Shown: positions 26,338 through 35,354 of the stretch, in pieces
How the letters are laid out: each line of letters opens with the position of its first letter
Position numbering within the stretch: position 1 is the first letter of the stretch
From: an uncultured Gemmatimonadaceae bacterium
GTDB lineage: Bacteria; Gemmatimonadota; Gemmatimonadetes; Gemmatimonadales; GWC2-71-9
Length of the DNA: 64,000 nt
NCBI GenBank assembly: GCA_964465315.1
Contig: CAYXIK010000001.1
Location: 67,107-131,106 of the forward strand
Reading direction: 5' to 3'
The notes under the pieces: generated by a model
The model's database searches: none
What the model was told of the DNA's origin: nothing
The model's input: only the letters and a program-made list of their open reading frames with translations
Program-made: the position numbers and the translations under genes

Positions 26338-27471
26338 ATGCGCATGCTGGTGTTGGGTGCGGGACTCCAAGGGTCCGCCTGCGCCTATGATCTCCTGCAA
26401 CGACCCGAGGTCGCCCAGGTCACGATCGCGGACCTGAAACCGGAGCGCGTTCCGAGTTTTCTGAAGCCCTCCGTGGGGAAGCGCCTGACGTTGCTGAAGC
26501 TGGATGTCCAGGACGGCGTCGCGTTGCGGGCGGCGATGGCCGGTCACGACGCCGTGCTGAACGCGGCGCCCTATTACCTCAACCTGGACGTGTCGCGCGG
26601 GGCCGTGGAAACCGGCCTTCACTGCGCCGACCTGGGTGGCAACACGGAGATCGTCTTCCAGCAGAAGAAGCTCGACGACGAGGCGAAGCGACGCGGGGTC
26701 TCCGTGATCCCGGACTGCGGCCTGGCCCCTGGGATGGTGAACATTCTGGCATCGGAGGGAATCCGTCGCGTCGGTGAGGCGGAGGCCGTGAAGATCTTCG
26801 TTGGCGGCCTGCCCCAGCATCCGGAGCCCCCGCTCAACTATCAGATCGTCTACTCGCTCGAGGGCGCCCTCGACTATTACACAACGCCGTCGTGGGTGCT
26901 GCGCGACGGCAAGCCGACCTGCGTGGACGCCCTGTCCGAGCTCGAGTCAGTCACGTTCCCGCCGCCGGTGGGCGAGCTCGAGGCGTTCCACACGGGCGGG
27001 GGCATTTCGACGCTGCCGTGGGCCTACCAGGGCAAGGTCCGCACCATGGAGTACAAGACGCTCCGCTACCCCGGCCACATCGCGATCATGCGTCCGATCC
27101 GCGAGCTCGGGCTGTTGGACGTGAAGCCTGTCAAGGTCAAGGGCAAGGAGATCGTGCCGCGCGATGCGTTCATCGCGACCGTGTCGCCCAAGCTCACGAA
27201 GCCCGAGGTGCGCGATCTCGTGGCCCTCCGGGTCGAGGTGCGCGGTAAGAACGGTAAGCGCGTTGCGTGGCAGCTGCTCGATTATTCGGACGAGGCGCAC
27301 GGGATCAGTGCGATGATGCGGACGACGGGCTACTCGCTCGCGATCACGGGCATGATGCAGGTGGACGGCCGGATTGGGGCGAAGGGTGTGCACACCCCCG
27401 ACGAGGCGGTGCCGTTCGCTTTTTATGTGGCCGAGCTGGCGAAGCGGGGAGTGGAGATTCGGGAGATCTAG
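26338..27471 (+). CDS. Saccharopine dehydrogenase-like NAD(P)-binding oxidoreductase
   Basis: 377 aa with MLVLGAGLQGSA Rossmann start, and PDCGLAPGMVN and YKTLRYPGH motifs of the saccharopine dehydrogenase / homospermidine synthase fold. GGAGG lies 10 nt upstream. Confidence 0.8.
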   Translation: MRMLVLGAGLQGSACAYDLLQRPEVAQVTIADLKPERVPSFLKPSVGKRLTLLKLDVQDGVALRAAMAGHDAVLNAAPYYLNLDVSRGAVETGLHCADLGGNTEIVFQQKKLDDEAKRRGVSVIPDCGLAPGMVNILASEGIRRVGEAEAVKIFVGGLPQHPEPPLNYQIVYSLEGALDYYTTPSWVLRDGKPTCVDALSELESVTFPPPVGELEAFHTGGGISTLPWAYQGKVRTMEYKTLRYPGHIAIMRPIRELGLLDVKPVKVKGKEIVPRDAFIATVSPKLTKPEVRDLVALRVEVRGKNGKRVAWQLLDYSDEAHGISAMMRTTGYSLAITGMMQVDGRIGAKGVHTPDEAVPFAFYVAELAKRGVEIREI

Positions 27472-27477
27472 CGCTCC

Positions 27478-28710
27478 TCAATAGCTCCAGCTGCTTCCCA
27501 TCAAGAACTGGCCGCCCTCGCTGCTGTGGCCATACCCGACGACGAGCAGCGAATTGCGGAGCAGGCGCAGCGCGAGCTCCCCGCCGCCGCTCCTGTGCAG
27601 GCCGCTGGACGTGAGGCGCACCGATTCGCCCGGCCCGAAGACGCGCCCGGCGTCGTAAAAGGCTACGATCTTCAGCTCCACCGCGTCGCCGACCGCCATC
27701 AACGCATAACGTGCCTCCAGACCGCCGAGCAGCTTGCCACGACCGGTGAATCGGCCGTCGTAGAACGCTCGGAGCGACGTGTAGCCCCCAACGGCGACGA
27801 AAGGCCGCTCGCTCGACTCCATCTCCTGCTGCACGGCGACCGGGGGATTGCCGCCCATTCCCTCGGCGGCGAGTCGCCCCGCGAGCACGAGGCGCTCGGC
27901 CGGGCGCACTTGCAGTCGCGCGTCGCCCGTCGTGCGGGTGTAGCCCGTCCCGCTGGCGAACAGCGCTTCGACGATCACGCCGGTGTGCGGGTCCACTTCA
28001 CTCTCCCTCGTGTCCACCACGACGCCTACCCGCGCAACCTTGTCGGTGAACGGCACCGTGGCCGGGTCCACCCTACCGCCGGACAAATCGGAAAAGAACA
28101 CGGATGGGCCCGGCAGGGCGCGAAAGTCGGTACGCGTCAGCGCCACGCCCGCGAGGATCCTGAGCGGGCCGACGATACGGCGCTGTAGCGTGGCGCGCGC
28201 TGTCAGGCGCTCGCGACTCACGCGGTAGAAATAGGCTCCTGCGGTCTTGACGCTGTCAGGGAAGTACCGCGTGTCGTTGCCGAGGCCGTAATAGCCGAGC
28301 CGGTTCTGACGCCTTGCGCTCAGGGTGACGGCCACGCGCCATCCGTCCCACCACGCCGGCGCCCGGGCGTCCGCGCTGATGACGTAGCTCCCCTGGGTAC
28401 TGGCACCGGCGTCCAGGTTCACCGACGCGCGATCGGGCTCCGGGCGCTCGACGAAGCCGAGCGGGCTGTAGCGGCCGTAGTGAAGGGCCCCCAGCAGACC
28501 GTCGGCGGGACTGTAGGCGACGAACGGATAGAAATTGGCGCGCCAGTAGCGTTGCCCCCTGAGCGCCGGGGGCAGGGCCGCCGCGAGCAGCGCCAGCGCG
28601 ACGCTAACGACTCGCAGCCGGGCGGTCGTAGAGATATGCCATGTCTCGGAGCTTCGCCTCGACGCCGTCGTGCGCCGCGTAGCGGGCTGGATAGAGCGAA
28701 GCGGAGCCAA
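27478..28710 (-). CDS. Omp85/surface-antigen (D15)-like outer-membrane beta-barrel protein
   Basis: Barrel motifs (VVVDTRESEVDPHTG, AFYDAGRVF) and a C-terminal ...SSWSY. The signal-like segment is LRVVSVALALLAAALPPALRGQ. The real start is unclear: the track start is TTG 28710, which overlaps the upstream gene by about 100 nt. Confidence 0.6.
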   Translation of the reverse strand: MAPLRSIQPATRRTTASRRSSETWHISTTARLRVVSVALALLAAALPPALRGQRYWRANFYPFVAYSPADGLLGALHYGRYSPLGFVERPEPDRASVNLDAGASTQGSYVISADARAPAWWDGWRVAVTLSARRQNRLGYYGLGNDTRYFPDSVKTAGAYFYRVSRERLTARATLQRRIVGPLRILAGVALTRTDFRALPGPSVFFSDLSGGRVDPATVPFTDKVARVGVVVDTRESEVDPHTGVIVEALFASGTGYTRTTGDARLQVRPAERLVLAGRLAAEGMGGNPPVAVQQEMESSERPFVAVGGYTSLRAFYDGRFTGRGKLLGGLEARYALMAVGDAVELKIVAFYDAGRVFGPGESVRLTSSGLHRSGGGELALRLLRNSLLVVGYGHSSEGGQFLMGSSWSY

Positions 28711-29665
28711 ACTCGCCCCGCTTGTTCACCGCGTAGAACTTGAGGTCGAACGTGGGCTTGCCGTCTGAGCCAAGCAAGCGCGCCTCGGTGAGCTGTACGA
28801 CGCGCTTCAGCGTCTCGAGACAAGCGTCGGTAGGTTTCATGCCCCGGCGCATGAACTCAACCGTCAGGAAGCCGCCGCACACCTTCATATTCGACTCTCC
28901 GCGGCCGGTGGACCCGGCGGCGCCGACGGCGTTGTCGGTGTACTGCCCGGCGCCAATGATCGGGCTGTCGCCCACACGCCCCGGGATCTTGAAGGCGAGC
29001 CCGCTGGTCGTGGTCACCGAGGAGATGTCCCCCTGCGGGGTGACCGCGTCGCAATTGATGGTCCCCGTAGGGCGGGTGGACATGTGCTGGGCCTCCGGCA
29101 CATCAAGATAGTCGTCGTCCGGGTTGAGATTCGCGCGCCAGTGCAGCCACACCTCGCGCGAATGCTCGGTGAGGAGATCCTCTTCCTTGAAGCCGTACTG
29201 CAGGGCGAACCGCTTGGCCCCTTCACCCACGAGGAAGATGTGGTTGGTGTACTTGAGCACGAGCTTCGCGACCTCGGAGGGCGTCTTGATCCCCTCCAGC
29301 GCGCCCACCGCGCCCGCGCGTTTGGTGGGCCCGTGCATGCACGACGCGTCGAGCTGCACCACGCCCTCGGCGTTGGGAAGGCCGCCATAACCCACCGAAT
29401 CGTCCGTCGGGTCGAGCTCCTGGATCTTGACCCCTTCGATCACCGCGTCGAGGGTGTCCGCCCCTTGCAACAGCATGTCGAAGGCCTTCTGCACGGCGCG
29501 CAGCCCGTTCGCGCTCGCGACCGCGACGGGCTTGGCCGCCCAGCGGCTCGGCGGCGGGAGCGGGCGGGGCGGGCGCATCGGGAACGGGATGTCGTGGGCG
29601 GTCGTCGCGGCGATGCCCGCCGCAGCGGAGGCGACGAACGCTCGACGGGACAGAGGGTGCTTCAC
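28604..29665 (-). CDS. Asparaginase-2 family Ntn hydrolase (glycosylasparaginase / isoaspartyl peptidase-like), Tat-exported
   Basis: Trimmed to GTG 29665. Twin-arginine signal LSRRAFVASAAAG. Motifs VGYGGLPN, TTSGLAFKIPGRVGDSPIIGAG and GSTGRGE. Confidence 0.8.
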   Translation of the reverse strand: MKHPLSRRAFVASAAAGIAATTAHDIPFPMRPPRPLPPPSRWAAKPVAVASANGLRAVQKAFDMLLQGADTLDAVIEGVKIQELDPTDDSVGYGGLPNAEGVVQLDASCMHGPTKRAGAVGALEGIKTPSEVAKLVLKYTNHIFLVGEGAKRFALQYGFKEEDLLTEHSREVWLHWRANLNPDDDYLDVPEAQHMSTRPTGTINCDAVTPQGDISSVTTTSGLAFKIPGRVGDSPIIGAGQYTDNAVGAAGSTGRGESNMKVCGGFLTVEFMRRGMKPTDACLETLKRVVQLTEARLLGSDGKPTFDLKFYAVNKRGEFGSASLYPARYAAHDGVEAKLRDMAYLYDRPAASR

Positions 29666-29708
29666 GCGCGGACTCCGGGAAAAGTGAGGGTGCGTACGTT
29701 TATGCCGC

Positions 29709-30227
29709 GTGGCGGGCGCTGTCAACTTGCTCCTCCTGCACGCGCGCCCTAACGTTCCGACCGTGGACTTCGCGGATCCGCCGAGCCTGCGCGGGGTGGT
29801 GCGCGGGATCCTGGGGGCCGCCTTGGCGCTCGCGGCCCTCGCGCTCGTCGTGGTGTTCATCGGCACCCGGCACATCGAATGGCGGCTGGTGACCCTCCTG
29901 CTCACGCTGTGGGCAGCGTGGAGCTTCTTCGATGGACTCTATGGGACCCTGGTCGAGCCGCTCGGCCGGTTCATGACCAACGCGCTTACGGGCGGCGTCA
30001 TGCCCGGCGGCACGACGATCACGATCGACCAAGAGACGGCGATGCTCGAGCACCTGGTCCAGGCCGAGCCTGCACCGCCGCCCCATCGGGTGGTGCTCGC
30101 CGGCATCCGGCTCGCTGAGATCTACCGTACGCACCAGCACGACGCCGCGAAGGCAGAGGCGCTCATCGGCCGGCTGGCGGCGCGCTACCCGGAGGCGCCC
30201 GAGCTGCAGTATGTCCGCCCCCGTTGA
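29709..30227 (+). CDS. Hypothetical membrane protein
   Basis: 172 aa with two hydrophobic helices (ILGAALALAALALVVVFIG, LVTLLLTLWAAWSFF). No motif recognised. It overlaps the next gene by 17 nt. Confidence 0.45.
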   Translation: MAGAVNLLLLHARPNVPTVDFADPPSLRGVVRGILGAALALAALALVVVFIGTRHIEWRLVTLLLTLWAAWSFFDGLYGTLVEPLGRFMTNALTGGVMPGGTTITIDQETAMLEHLVQAEPAPPPHRVVLAGIRLAEIYRTHQHDAAKAEALIGRLAARYPEAPELQYVRPR

Positions 30228-30933
30228 GCTCTCTCTCGTCGTCCCGGTGTACAACGAGCGCGAGAACCTGCCGCTCCTGGTCGAGGAAATCGCGAGGGCG
30301 TTGCCCGGACGGCGGTACGAGGTCGTGGCCGTGGACGACGGTTCGACCGATGGCTCGCTCGAGGTGCTCAAGGCGCTCAAGCGGGAGCACCCGGAGCTAC
30401 ACATCGTCGTCTTCGCCGCGAACGCCGGGCAAACGGCGGCGTTCGCGGCGGGGTTCGAAGCCGCCCGAGGCCGTGTGATCGTTACGCTCGACGCGGACCT
30501 CCAGAACGATCCGGCGGATGTCCCGGCCGTGGTCGCCGAGCTCGAGCGCAGCGGCGCCGCCGCCGTCGCGGGATACCGTGTGAACCGGCGGGACAGCGGC
30601 TGGAAACGGCTGCAGAGCAGCATCGCCAACGGCGTGCGCAATCGGCTGAACCGCGAGACCATTCGCGACACCGGCTGCTCCCTCAAGGCGTTCCGCGCCG
30701 AGGCCGTGCGCGCCCTGCCGCTCTTCAACGGGATGCACCGTTTCCTGCCGACCCTGGTCCGCATGCGCGGAGGGACGGTCGCGGAAGTCCCCGTGCGGCA
30801 CCGGCCGCGGCGATTCGGCCGGACGAAGTACGGGATGTGGAATCGCGTGTTTCGGGCCTTGGCGGACGCGCTGGCCGTGCGATGGATGCAGCGCCGGGCC
30901 CTGCGCTACCGCGTACGGGAGGAGCTGCCCTGA
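30211..30933 (+). CDS. GT2 polyprenol-phosphate glycosyltransferase (DPM1/ArnC/GtrB-like)
   Basis: 240 aa with LSLVVPVYNERENL, VAVDDGSTDGS and TLDADLQNDP motifs. Confidence 0.85.
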   Translation: MSAPVELSLVVPVYNERENLPLLVEEIARALPGRRYEVVAVDDGSTDGSLEVLKALKREHPELHIVVFAANAGQTAAFAAGFEAARGRVIVTLDADLQNDPADVPAVVAELERSGAAAVAGYRVNRRDSGWKRLQSSIANGVRNRLNRETIRDTGCSLKAFRAEAVRALPLFNGMHRFLPTLVRMRGGTVAEVPVRHRPRRFGRTKYGMWNRVFRALADALAVRWMQRRALRYRVREELP

Positions 30934-31268
30934 TGCACGAAGACATGGTACGGCAGATCGACCTGGAGCTGGACGGCGAGCTGAGCCTCCCCGAGCGCGC
31001 CGCGCTGGCACGTCATCTCGCCGCGTGCCGGCACTGCGCGGAGGCGCGCGTGAGCCACCTGGAGATGCGGGTGGCCTTCGCGCGCTCGGCCGGCGATCCG
31101 CATGCACGCACGGTGCCGCGCCCACGGATCCGCGGCCGCACGCTCGCGTTCTGGATGGCGACGAGCCTCCTCGCGGGCGCGGCAGCGGGTTGGCTCGGAC
31201 ACACCCGCTGGGGCGGGCCGGGACCCGGCTCGCTCGAGGCCACGCGTGCGATCTTCGTGGCGCAGTAG
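30933..31268 (+). CDS. zf-HC2 (putative anti-sigma factor-type) membrane protein
   Basis: Trimmed to ATG 30933 (TGATG overlap). H-x3-C-x2-C motif HLAACRHCAE, followed by one TM helice-like segment (LAFWMATSLLAGAAAGWL). Confidence 0.6.
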   Translation: MHEDMVRQIDLELDGELSLPERAALARHLAACRHCAEARVSHLEMRVAFARSAGDPHARTVPRPRIRGRTLAFWMATSLLAGAAAGWLGHTRWGGPGPGSLEATRAIFVAQ

Positions 31269-32133
31269 CCTGGCGGTTGCGGCGGCGGGACTCGGGCTAG
31301 GGGCGAGCCTCCGCAGCCCTCCCGAGCCGCAGGCGCCGAACTACCGGGTGACCTACCAGCTGCGGATGGTAGAGCGCGTCGCCGGTCAAGTCGGCGTGCT
31401 CGCTACCGCCGTCGTGAGCGGCCCTCCCGAAACCGACCTGCGCCTGTCCCTGAGGACGGACCGCACTGAGCTCGAGGGACTGCTCGGTACCCTCCCCGAG
31501 CCGGATACCGTCAATCTTGCGGGTGTGTTCTACGCCCGGCGGGAGGCTGGCCGCTCGCGGCGCGGCCTTCCGCTGTGGGAGGAAGACACGTACCGCCGAT
31601 GGACGCGGGTCGCCTGGGGGGGAACCGCCCGGCTTTATCCTTTCGGGCCGGAGAGCATGAATCAACGTCACGCGCTCTGGGTCGAGGTCACGATGAGCCG
31701 CGAGTTCGCGGCCGGCGAGACCCGCGCGAGTGAAGAAGTGACCATCGTCGACAGCGCGGTCGCCTTCGCGGCGCGTGCGGTCGTTCCGCCCCGTCGCGTG
31801 ACGGTCCGAATGAGCCTCGTGCGGGGCGACACCGCGTCGAGCCCGCGCGTGGTAGACCTCGTTCCCGAAACCACTGGGCGCCGCGTCCGCTTCACACTCG
31901 GCGGTGAGACCTTCGACTTCGATGTGACCTTGGAGCGTCCCGACCCGCCCCGGACGGGCCGCGACAGCGCTCTCGCCGTCGGGGTGGACATGGTCTGCCT
32001 GCGGCTGGTGGTGCCCGGTGCGGCCGAGCCCGCCCGGCTCCGCTGTGGCCGGCCCGACAACATCGCCCGCCGCGTCGCCCTGACGGGCGGCGACACCCTT
32101 GTGGCCACATTCGCCTGGCCCGCCGTGCGCTAA
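31246..32133 (+). CDS. Hypothetical exported protein
   Basis: Track ORF 31102..32133. GTG 31246 gives the signal-like VRSSWRSSLAVAAAGLGLGASL. No motif recognised. Confidence 0.45.
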   Translation: MRSSWRSSLAVAAAGLGLGASLRSPPEPQAPNYRVTYQLRMVERVAGQVGVLATAVVSGPPETDLRLSLRTDRTELEGLLGTLPEPDTVNLAGVFYARREAGRSRRGLPLWEEDTYRRWTRVAWGGTARLYPFGPESMNQRHALWVEVTMSREFAAGETRASEEVTIVDSAVAFAARAVVPPRRVTVRMSLVRGDTASSPRVVDLVPETTGRRVRFTLGGETFDFDVTLERPDPPRTGRDSALAVGVDMVCLRLVVPGAAEPARLRCGRPDNIARRVALTGGDTLVATFAWPAVR

Positions 32134-32149
32134 GCGGTATTATCTCCCG

Positions 32150-33214
32150 ATGCCCCCCCCCCGGAGGCAGCGCCTCGACCCCTCGATCTTCCATCTTCCG
32201 GTCGAACGGATGCGCGAGGGCTATTACTCGGACAAGTATTTCGTGCGCACCCGCGAGCTGCTGCTCAAGGATGGGCACCGACCCTGCGTCACCATGCAGG
32301 TGTTCGGCAAGGCACACGCGTTCCTCGGCGGGATCGACGAGGCGATCGCCATCCTCAAGCTCTGCAGCACGGAGTGGCCGGAGCTCGACGTGCGTGCGCT
32401 GTACGATGGCGACGAGATCGAGCCGTGGGAGACGGTGCTCCTGATCGAAGGTCCGTACGACGCCTTCGCCCACCTGGAAACGCTCTACCTCGGCGTGCTC
32501 GCCCGGCGCACGAAAGTCGGCACCAACACGCGCCGCGTGGTGGAAGCGGCGAGCCCCAAGCAGGTGATGTTTTTCCCCGCCCGGCACGACCACTGGCTGG
32601 TACAGACCGGAGACGGATACGCCGCCCACATCGCCGGTGCGATCGGGGTATCGACCGACGCGCAGGCATCCTGGTGGGGCTCCGAGGGGGTGGGCACGGT
32701 CCCCCACGCCCTCATCGCCGCCTACGGCGGCGACACCGTCCTCGCCTCGCGGAAGTTTGCCGAGCTGACGGATCCCGGCGTTCGGCTCATCACGCTCGTC
32801 GACTTCGACAACGACTGCGTGGCGACCTCCCTCAAGGTGGCACGCGCCCTGGGCCAGCGGCTGTGGGGCGTCCGGATCGACACGTCGGAGACGCTGGTGG
32901 ACAAGTCGGTGATTCCGCAGATGGGCACGTTCAAGCCCACCGGCGTGAACCCGCAGCTCGTGTGGAACGTGCGCCGGGCGCTCGACAAGGAAGGCTTCCA
33001 GCACGTGAAGATCGTCGTGTCCGGCGGCTTCACGGTCGAGAAGATTAGAAACTTCGAGGAGGAAGGCGTGCCGGTGGACATGTACGGCGTGGGCTCGAGC
33101 CTGTTCCAGGGGCGCTTCGACTTCACGGCGGACGTGGTCCGCGTGGAGGGAAAGCCTGTTGCGAAGGTCGGTCGGTCCTACCGCCCAAATCCGCGCCTCG
33201 AGCGCGTGGAATAG
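32150..33214 (+). CDS. Nicotinate phosphoribosyltransferase-family (type II PRTase) protein
   Basis: Trimmed to ATG 32150. YYSDKYF N-terminal motif, GVGTVPHALI, and RIDTS...VVSGGF typical of the NAPRTase/QPRTase fold. Confidence 0.75.
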   Translation: MPPPRRQRLDPSIFHLPVERMREGYYSDKYFVRTRELLLKDGHRPCVTMQVFGKAHAFLGGIDEAIAILKLCSTEWPELDVRALYDGDEIEPWETVLLIEGPYDAFAHLETLYLGVLARRTKVGTNTRRVVEAASPKQVMFFPARHDHWLVQTGDGYAAHIAGAIGVSTDAQASWWGSEGVGTVPHALIAAYGGDTVLASRKFAELTDPGVRLITLVDFDNDCVATSLKVARALGQRLWGVRIDTSETLVDKSVIPQMGTFKPTGVNPQLVWNVRRALDKEGFQHVKIVVSGGFTVEKIRNFEEEGVPVDMYGVGSSLFQGRFDFTADVVRVEGKPVAKVGRSYRPNPRLERVE

Positions 33215-33225
33215 GGCCGCGGCCG

Positions 33226-35226
33226 CTATTTCGTTAAGAACCGGTCATACCACGCCAGGTACCGCTCCATTCGATCGCGCCGGTAGGTCGGCTTGTTGAT
33301 CCCGTGATGCTGCCCCGGATAGATCACGAGCTCCGTCTCCACGCCGGTGCTGCGCAGCGCCTGGTACATCTGCTCCGAGTTCAAGAGCGGTACGTTGAAA
33401 TCCTTGTCGCCGCACAGGAACAGCGTCGGCGTCGTGATCCGATCCGCGTGCAGGAACGGGAATGAGAGCTTGACCCACGTGTCCGGGGTCTTCCATGGCA
33501 CGCCGAGCTCCGCCTCGTACTCGCGCACGTACTGGTCCGTGCCGTACCCCGCCAGGATGTTCGAGATGCCGGCGCCGCTCACCGCCGCCTTGAAGCGGTG
33601 GTCCTGTGCGATCACGTAGTTGGTGAGAATTCCGCCGTAACTCCACCCGCCCACGCCCAGCCGCGCGGGGTCGGCCACGCCCTGCGCCACGGCATAGTCC
33701 ACCCCGGCGAGCACGTCCTGCGCGTCCTTGTTGCCCCAATCGGCGTAGATGGCGGAGGAAAACCGCTCACCGCGACCCGAGCTGCCCCGCGGATTCGCTA
33801 CCACCACCACATAGCCGTGCCCCGCGAGCGTCTCGAGTTGGAAGTCGAACTCCGACTGGTACTGCGACACCGGCCCGCCGTGAATACGGAGGATGGTCGG
33901 GTAGCGCTTCCCCGGGGCGAAGTCGGGCGGTTTCACGACGAAGCCGTTGATGGGTGTGCCGTCGCGGCTCTTGAAGCTGATCGGCTCGACCGCGGCGAGC
34001 TTCACCCCCGAGAGCCACTCGTCGTTCTGGTGGGACAGGGACCGCAACGTCGCCCCTTCCACCGCGAACACTTCGGCCGGAGCGAGCGGCGTGGAGGCGA
34101 GCACCGCAAGCTTTCCCTCACGGGCCGTGGTGAACGCGCTGACCACTCGGGGTCCCGAGACGAGACGCTCGACCGGCCCTCCGCCGGCAGGTACCCGCGC
34201 GAGCTGCACCGTGCGGTCGTCTTCGAGTAGGAAGTAGAGGGACGCGCCATCGGCAGACCATGCGGGTTGTCCCACATTCCGGTCGAGGGTCGCGGTGAGG
34301 ATCCGTGGGGCTCCACCGGTCGCCGGCACGACGGCGAGCTTCTGGACGGCGTAGTAGATGAGCTTCAACGGCCCACCTTGCAGGTAGGCGATTTCATGAC
34401 CGTCTGGACTCCAGGCCGGGCGGCTCTCGTAATCGGGATCGTCGTCGGGGCCCTCGAAGGTCGTGAGCTGTTTCGGCGTCGCGCCCGGTGTCGCATCCAT
34501 CAGGTACACGTCCCAGTTGTTGTCGCGGTCGGCGTCGGGGCGCCGTTTGCTCACAAACGCCAAGGACTTGCCGTCGGGAGACCACGCGGGCAGCAGCTCG
34601 TCGTAGCCGCCGGGCGTGAGCAGCGTCGCCTTGCCCGTCTCGATGTCGACGACGTAGAGATGGCGGCGGAGCTTCCCCAAGTATCCCGACTCGTCCTGCT
34701 TGAACTGGAACCGATTGATCACGATCGGCGCCGGCGTCTTGGGTTTGGCAGTGTCCGGGTCTTGGGCCACCACGGCCACCCGCCGCCCGTCTGGCGCCCA
34801 TACGTAATCGTCCACGTCGCTCTGCAGCGTCGTGACCTTCCGGCCTTCGCCACCGCGGCGGTCGAGCAGCCAGAGCTGGGTGTGCTCGTCGTCCCGACTC
34901 GAGAGGAACGCGATCCAGCGCCCGTCGGGACTCCAGCTGGGAGCGCTTTCGCCCTGCTTGGAATTGGTCAAGCGGATTGTGCGCTTCCCGTCCCAGCTGC
35001 TCATCCAGATGGCCTGATGGTTCTGATCCTCGGCCGTGTCCGCGCTCGAAACCGTGTACGCCACCCAGTCGCCTTCAGGGGAAATCCGCGGCTCGCTCAC
35101 GTCACGCACCCGGAGCACGTCGTCCGGCGTGAAGGGCCGAGGGCGCGGGGCGAGCGCCGGCGCCTGCGCGCGGACGGCGGGCGCCACGACCAGCCCGAGG
35201 ACCAGAGCGGTGAGCGGACGAATCAT
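33226..35226 (-). CDS. S9-family serine peptidase (acylaminoacyl/dipeptidyl peptidase) with an N-terminal TolB-like propeller, secreted
   Basis: 666 aa with a signal peptide, PD40-type repeats (SPDGRWIAFLSSRDD, SPDGKSLAFVSKR), the catalytic GGWSYGG, and C-terminal D/H regions. Confidence 0.9.
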   Translation of the reverse strand: MIRPLTALVLGLVVAPAVRAQAPALAPRPRPFTPDDVLRVRDVSEPRISPEGDWVAYTVSSADTAEDQNHQAIWMSSWDGKRTIRLTNSKQGESAPSWSPDGRWIAFLSSRDDEHTQLWLLDRRGGEGRKVTTLQSDVDDYVWAPDGRRVAVVAQDPDTAKPKTPAPIVINRFQFKQDESGYLGKLRRHLYVVDIETGKATLLTPGGYDELLPAWSPDGKSLAFVSKRRPDADRDNNWDVYLMDATPGATPKQLTTFEGPDDDPDYESRPAWSPDGHEIAYLQGGPLKLIYYAVQKLAVVPATGGAPRILTATLDRNVGQPAWSADGASLYFLLEDDRTVQLARVPAGGGPVERLVSGPRVVSAFTTAREGKLAVLASTPLAPAEVFAVEGATLRSLSHQNDEWLSGVKLAAVEPISFKSRDGTPINGFVVKPPDFAPGKRYPTILRIHGGPVSQYQSEFDFQLETLAGHGYVVVVANPRGSSGRGERFSSAIYADWGNKDAQDVLAGVDYAVAQGVADPARLGVGGWSYGGILTNYVIAQDHRFKAAVSGAGISNILAGYGTDQYVREYEAELGVPWKTPDTWVKLSFPFLHADRITTPTLFLCGDKDFNVPLLNSEQMYQALRSTGVETELVIYPGQHHGINKPTYRRDRMERYLAWYDRFLTK

Positions 35227-35299
35227 GGACGAGCTCTCCGAGAGATCGAGGGCGGGAAGGCTACGTACATCGCCGGGCGTGCGCTAGCGGCCGCGGCTC

Positions 35300-35328
35300 T
35301 TGCACTCCGCATGGGTAATGAATATTCT
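35300..35328 (+). promoter_or_regulatory. Candidate argC promoter (TTGCAC - 17 nt - TATTCT), giving a near-leaderless transcript
   Basis: The hexamers were read from the sequence. The -10 element ends 9 nt before ATG 35338, and there is no Shine-Dalgarno motif in between. Confidence 0.4.
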
Positions 35329-35354
35329 TCCGTTTCGATGAATATTAATTCACG
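35317..35354. promoter_or_regulatory. Tandem ARG boxes (ArgR operator)
   Basis: Box 2, TGAATATTAATTCA (35339..35352), is a perfect match to the TGAAT-WWWW-ATTCA core. Box 1, TGAATATTCTTCCG (35319..35332), has a perfect left half only. The centres are 20 nt apart. Confidence 0.6.

Noticed and set aside
33211-33229. The palindromic ATAGGGCCGCGGCCGCTAT spanning both stop codons of the convergent NAPRTase and S9 peptidase genes, considered as a bidirectional terminator.
   Set aside because: The stem is short, has essentially no loop (the centre is the self-complementary GGCCGCGGCC) and has no U-tract. I cannot distinguish it from chance GC-rich palindromy.
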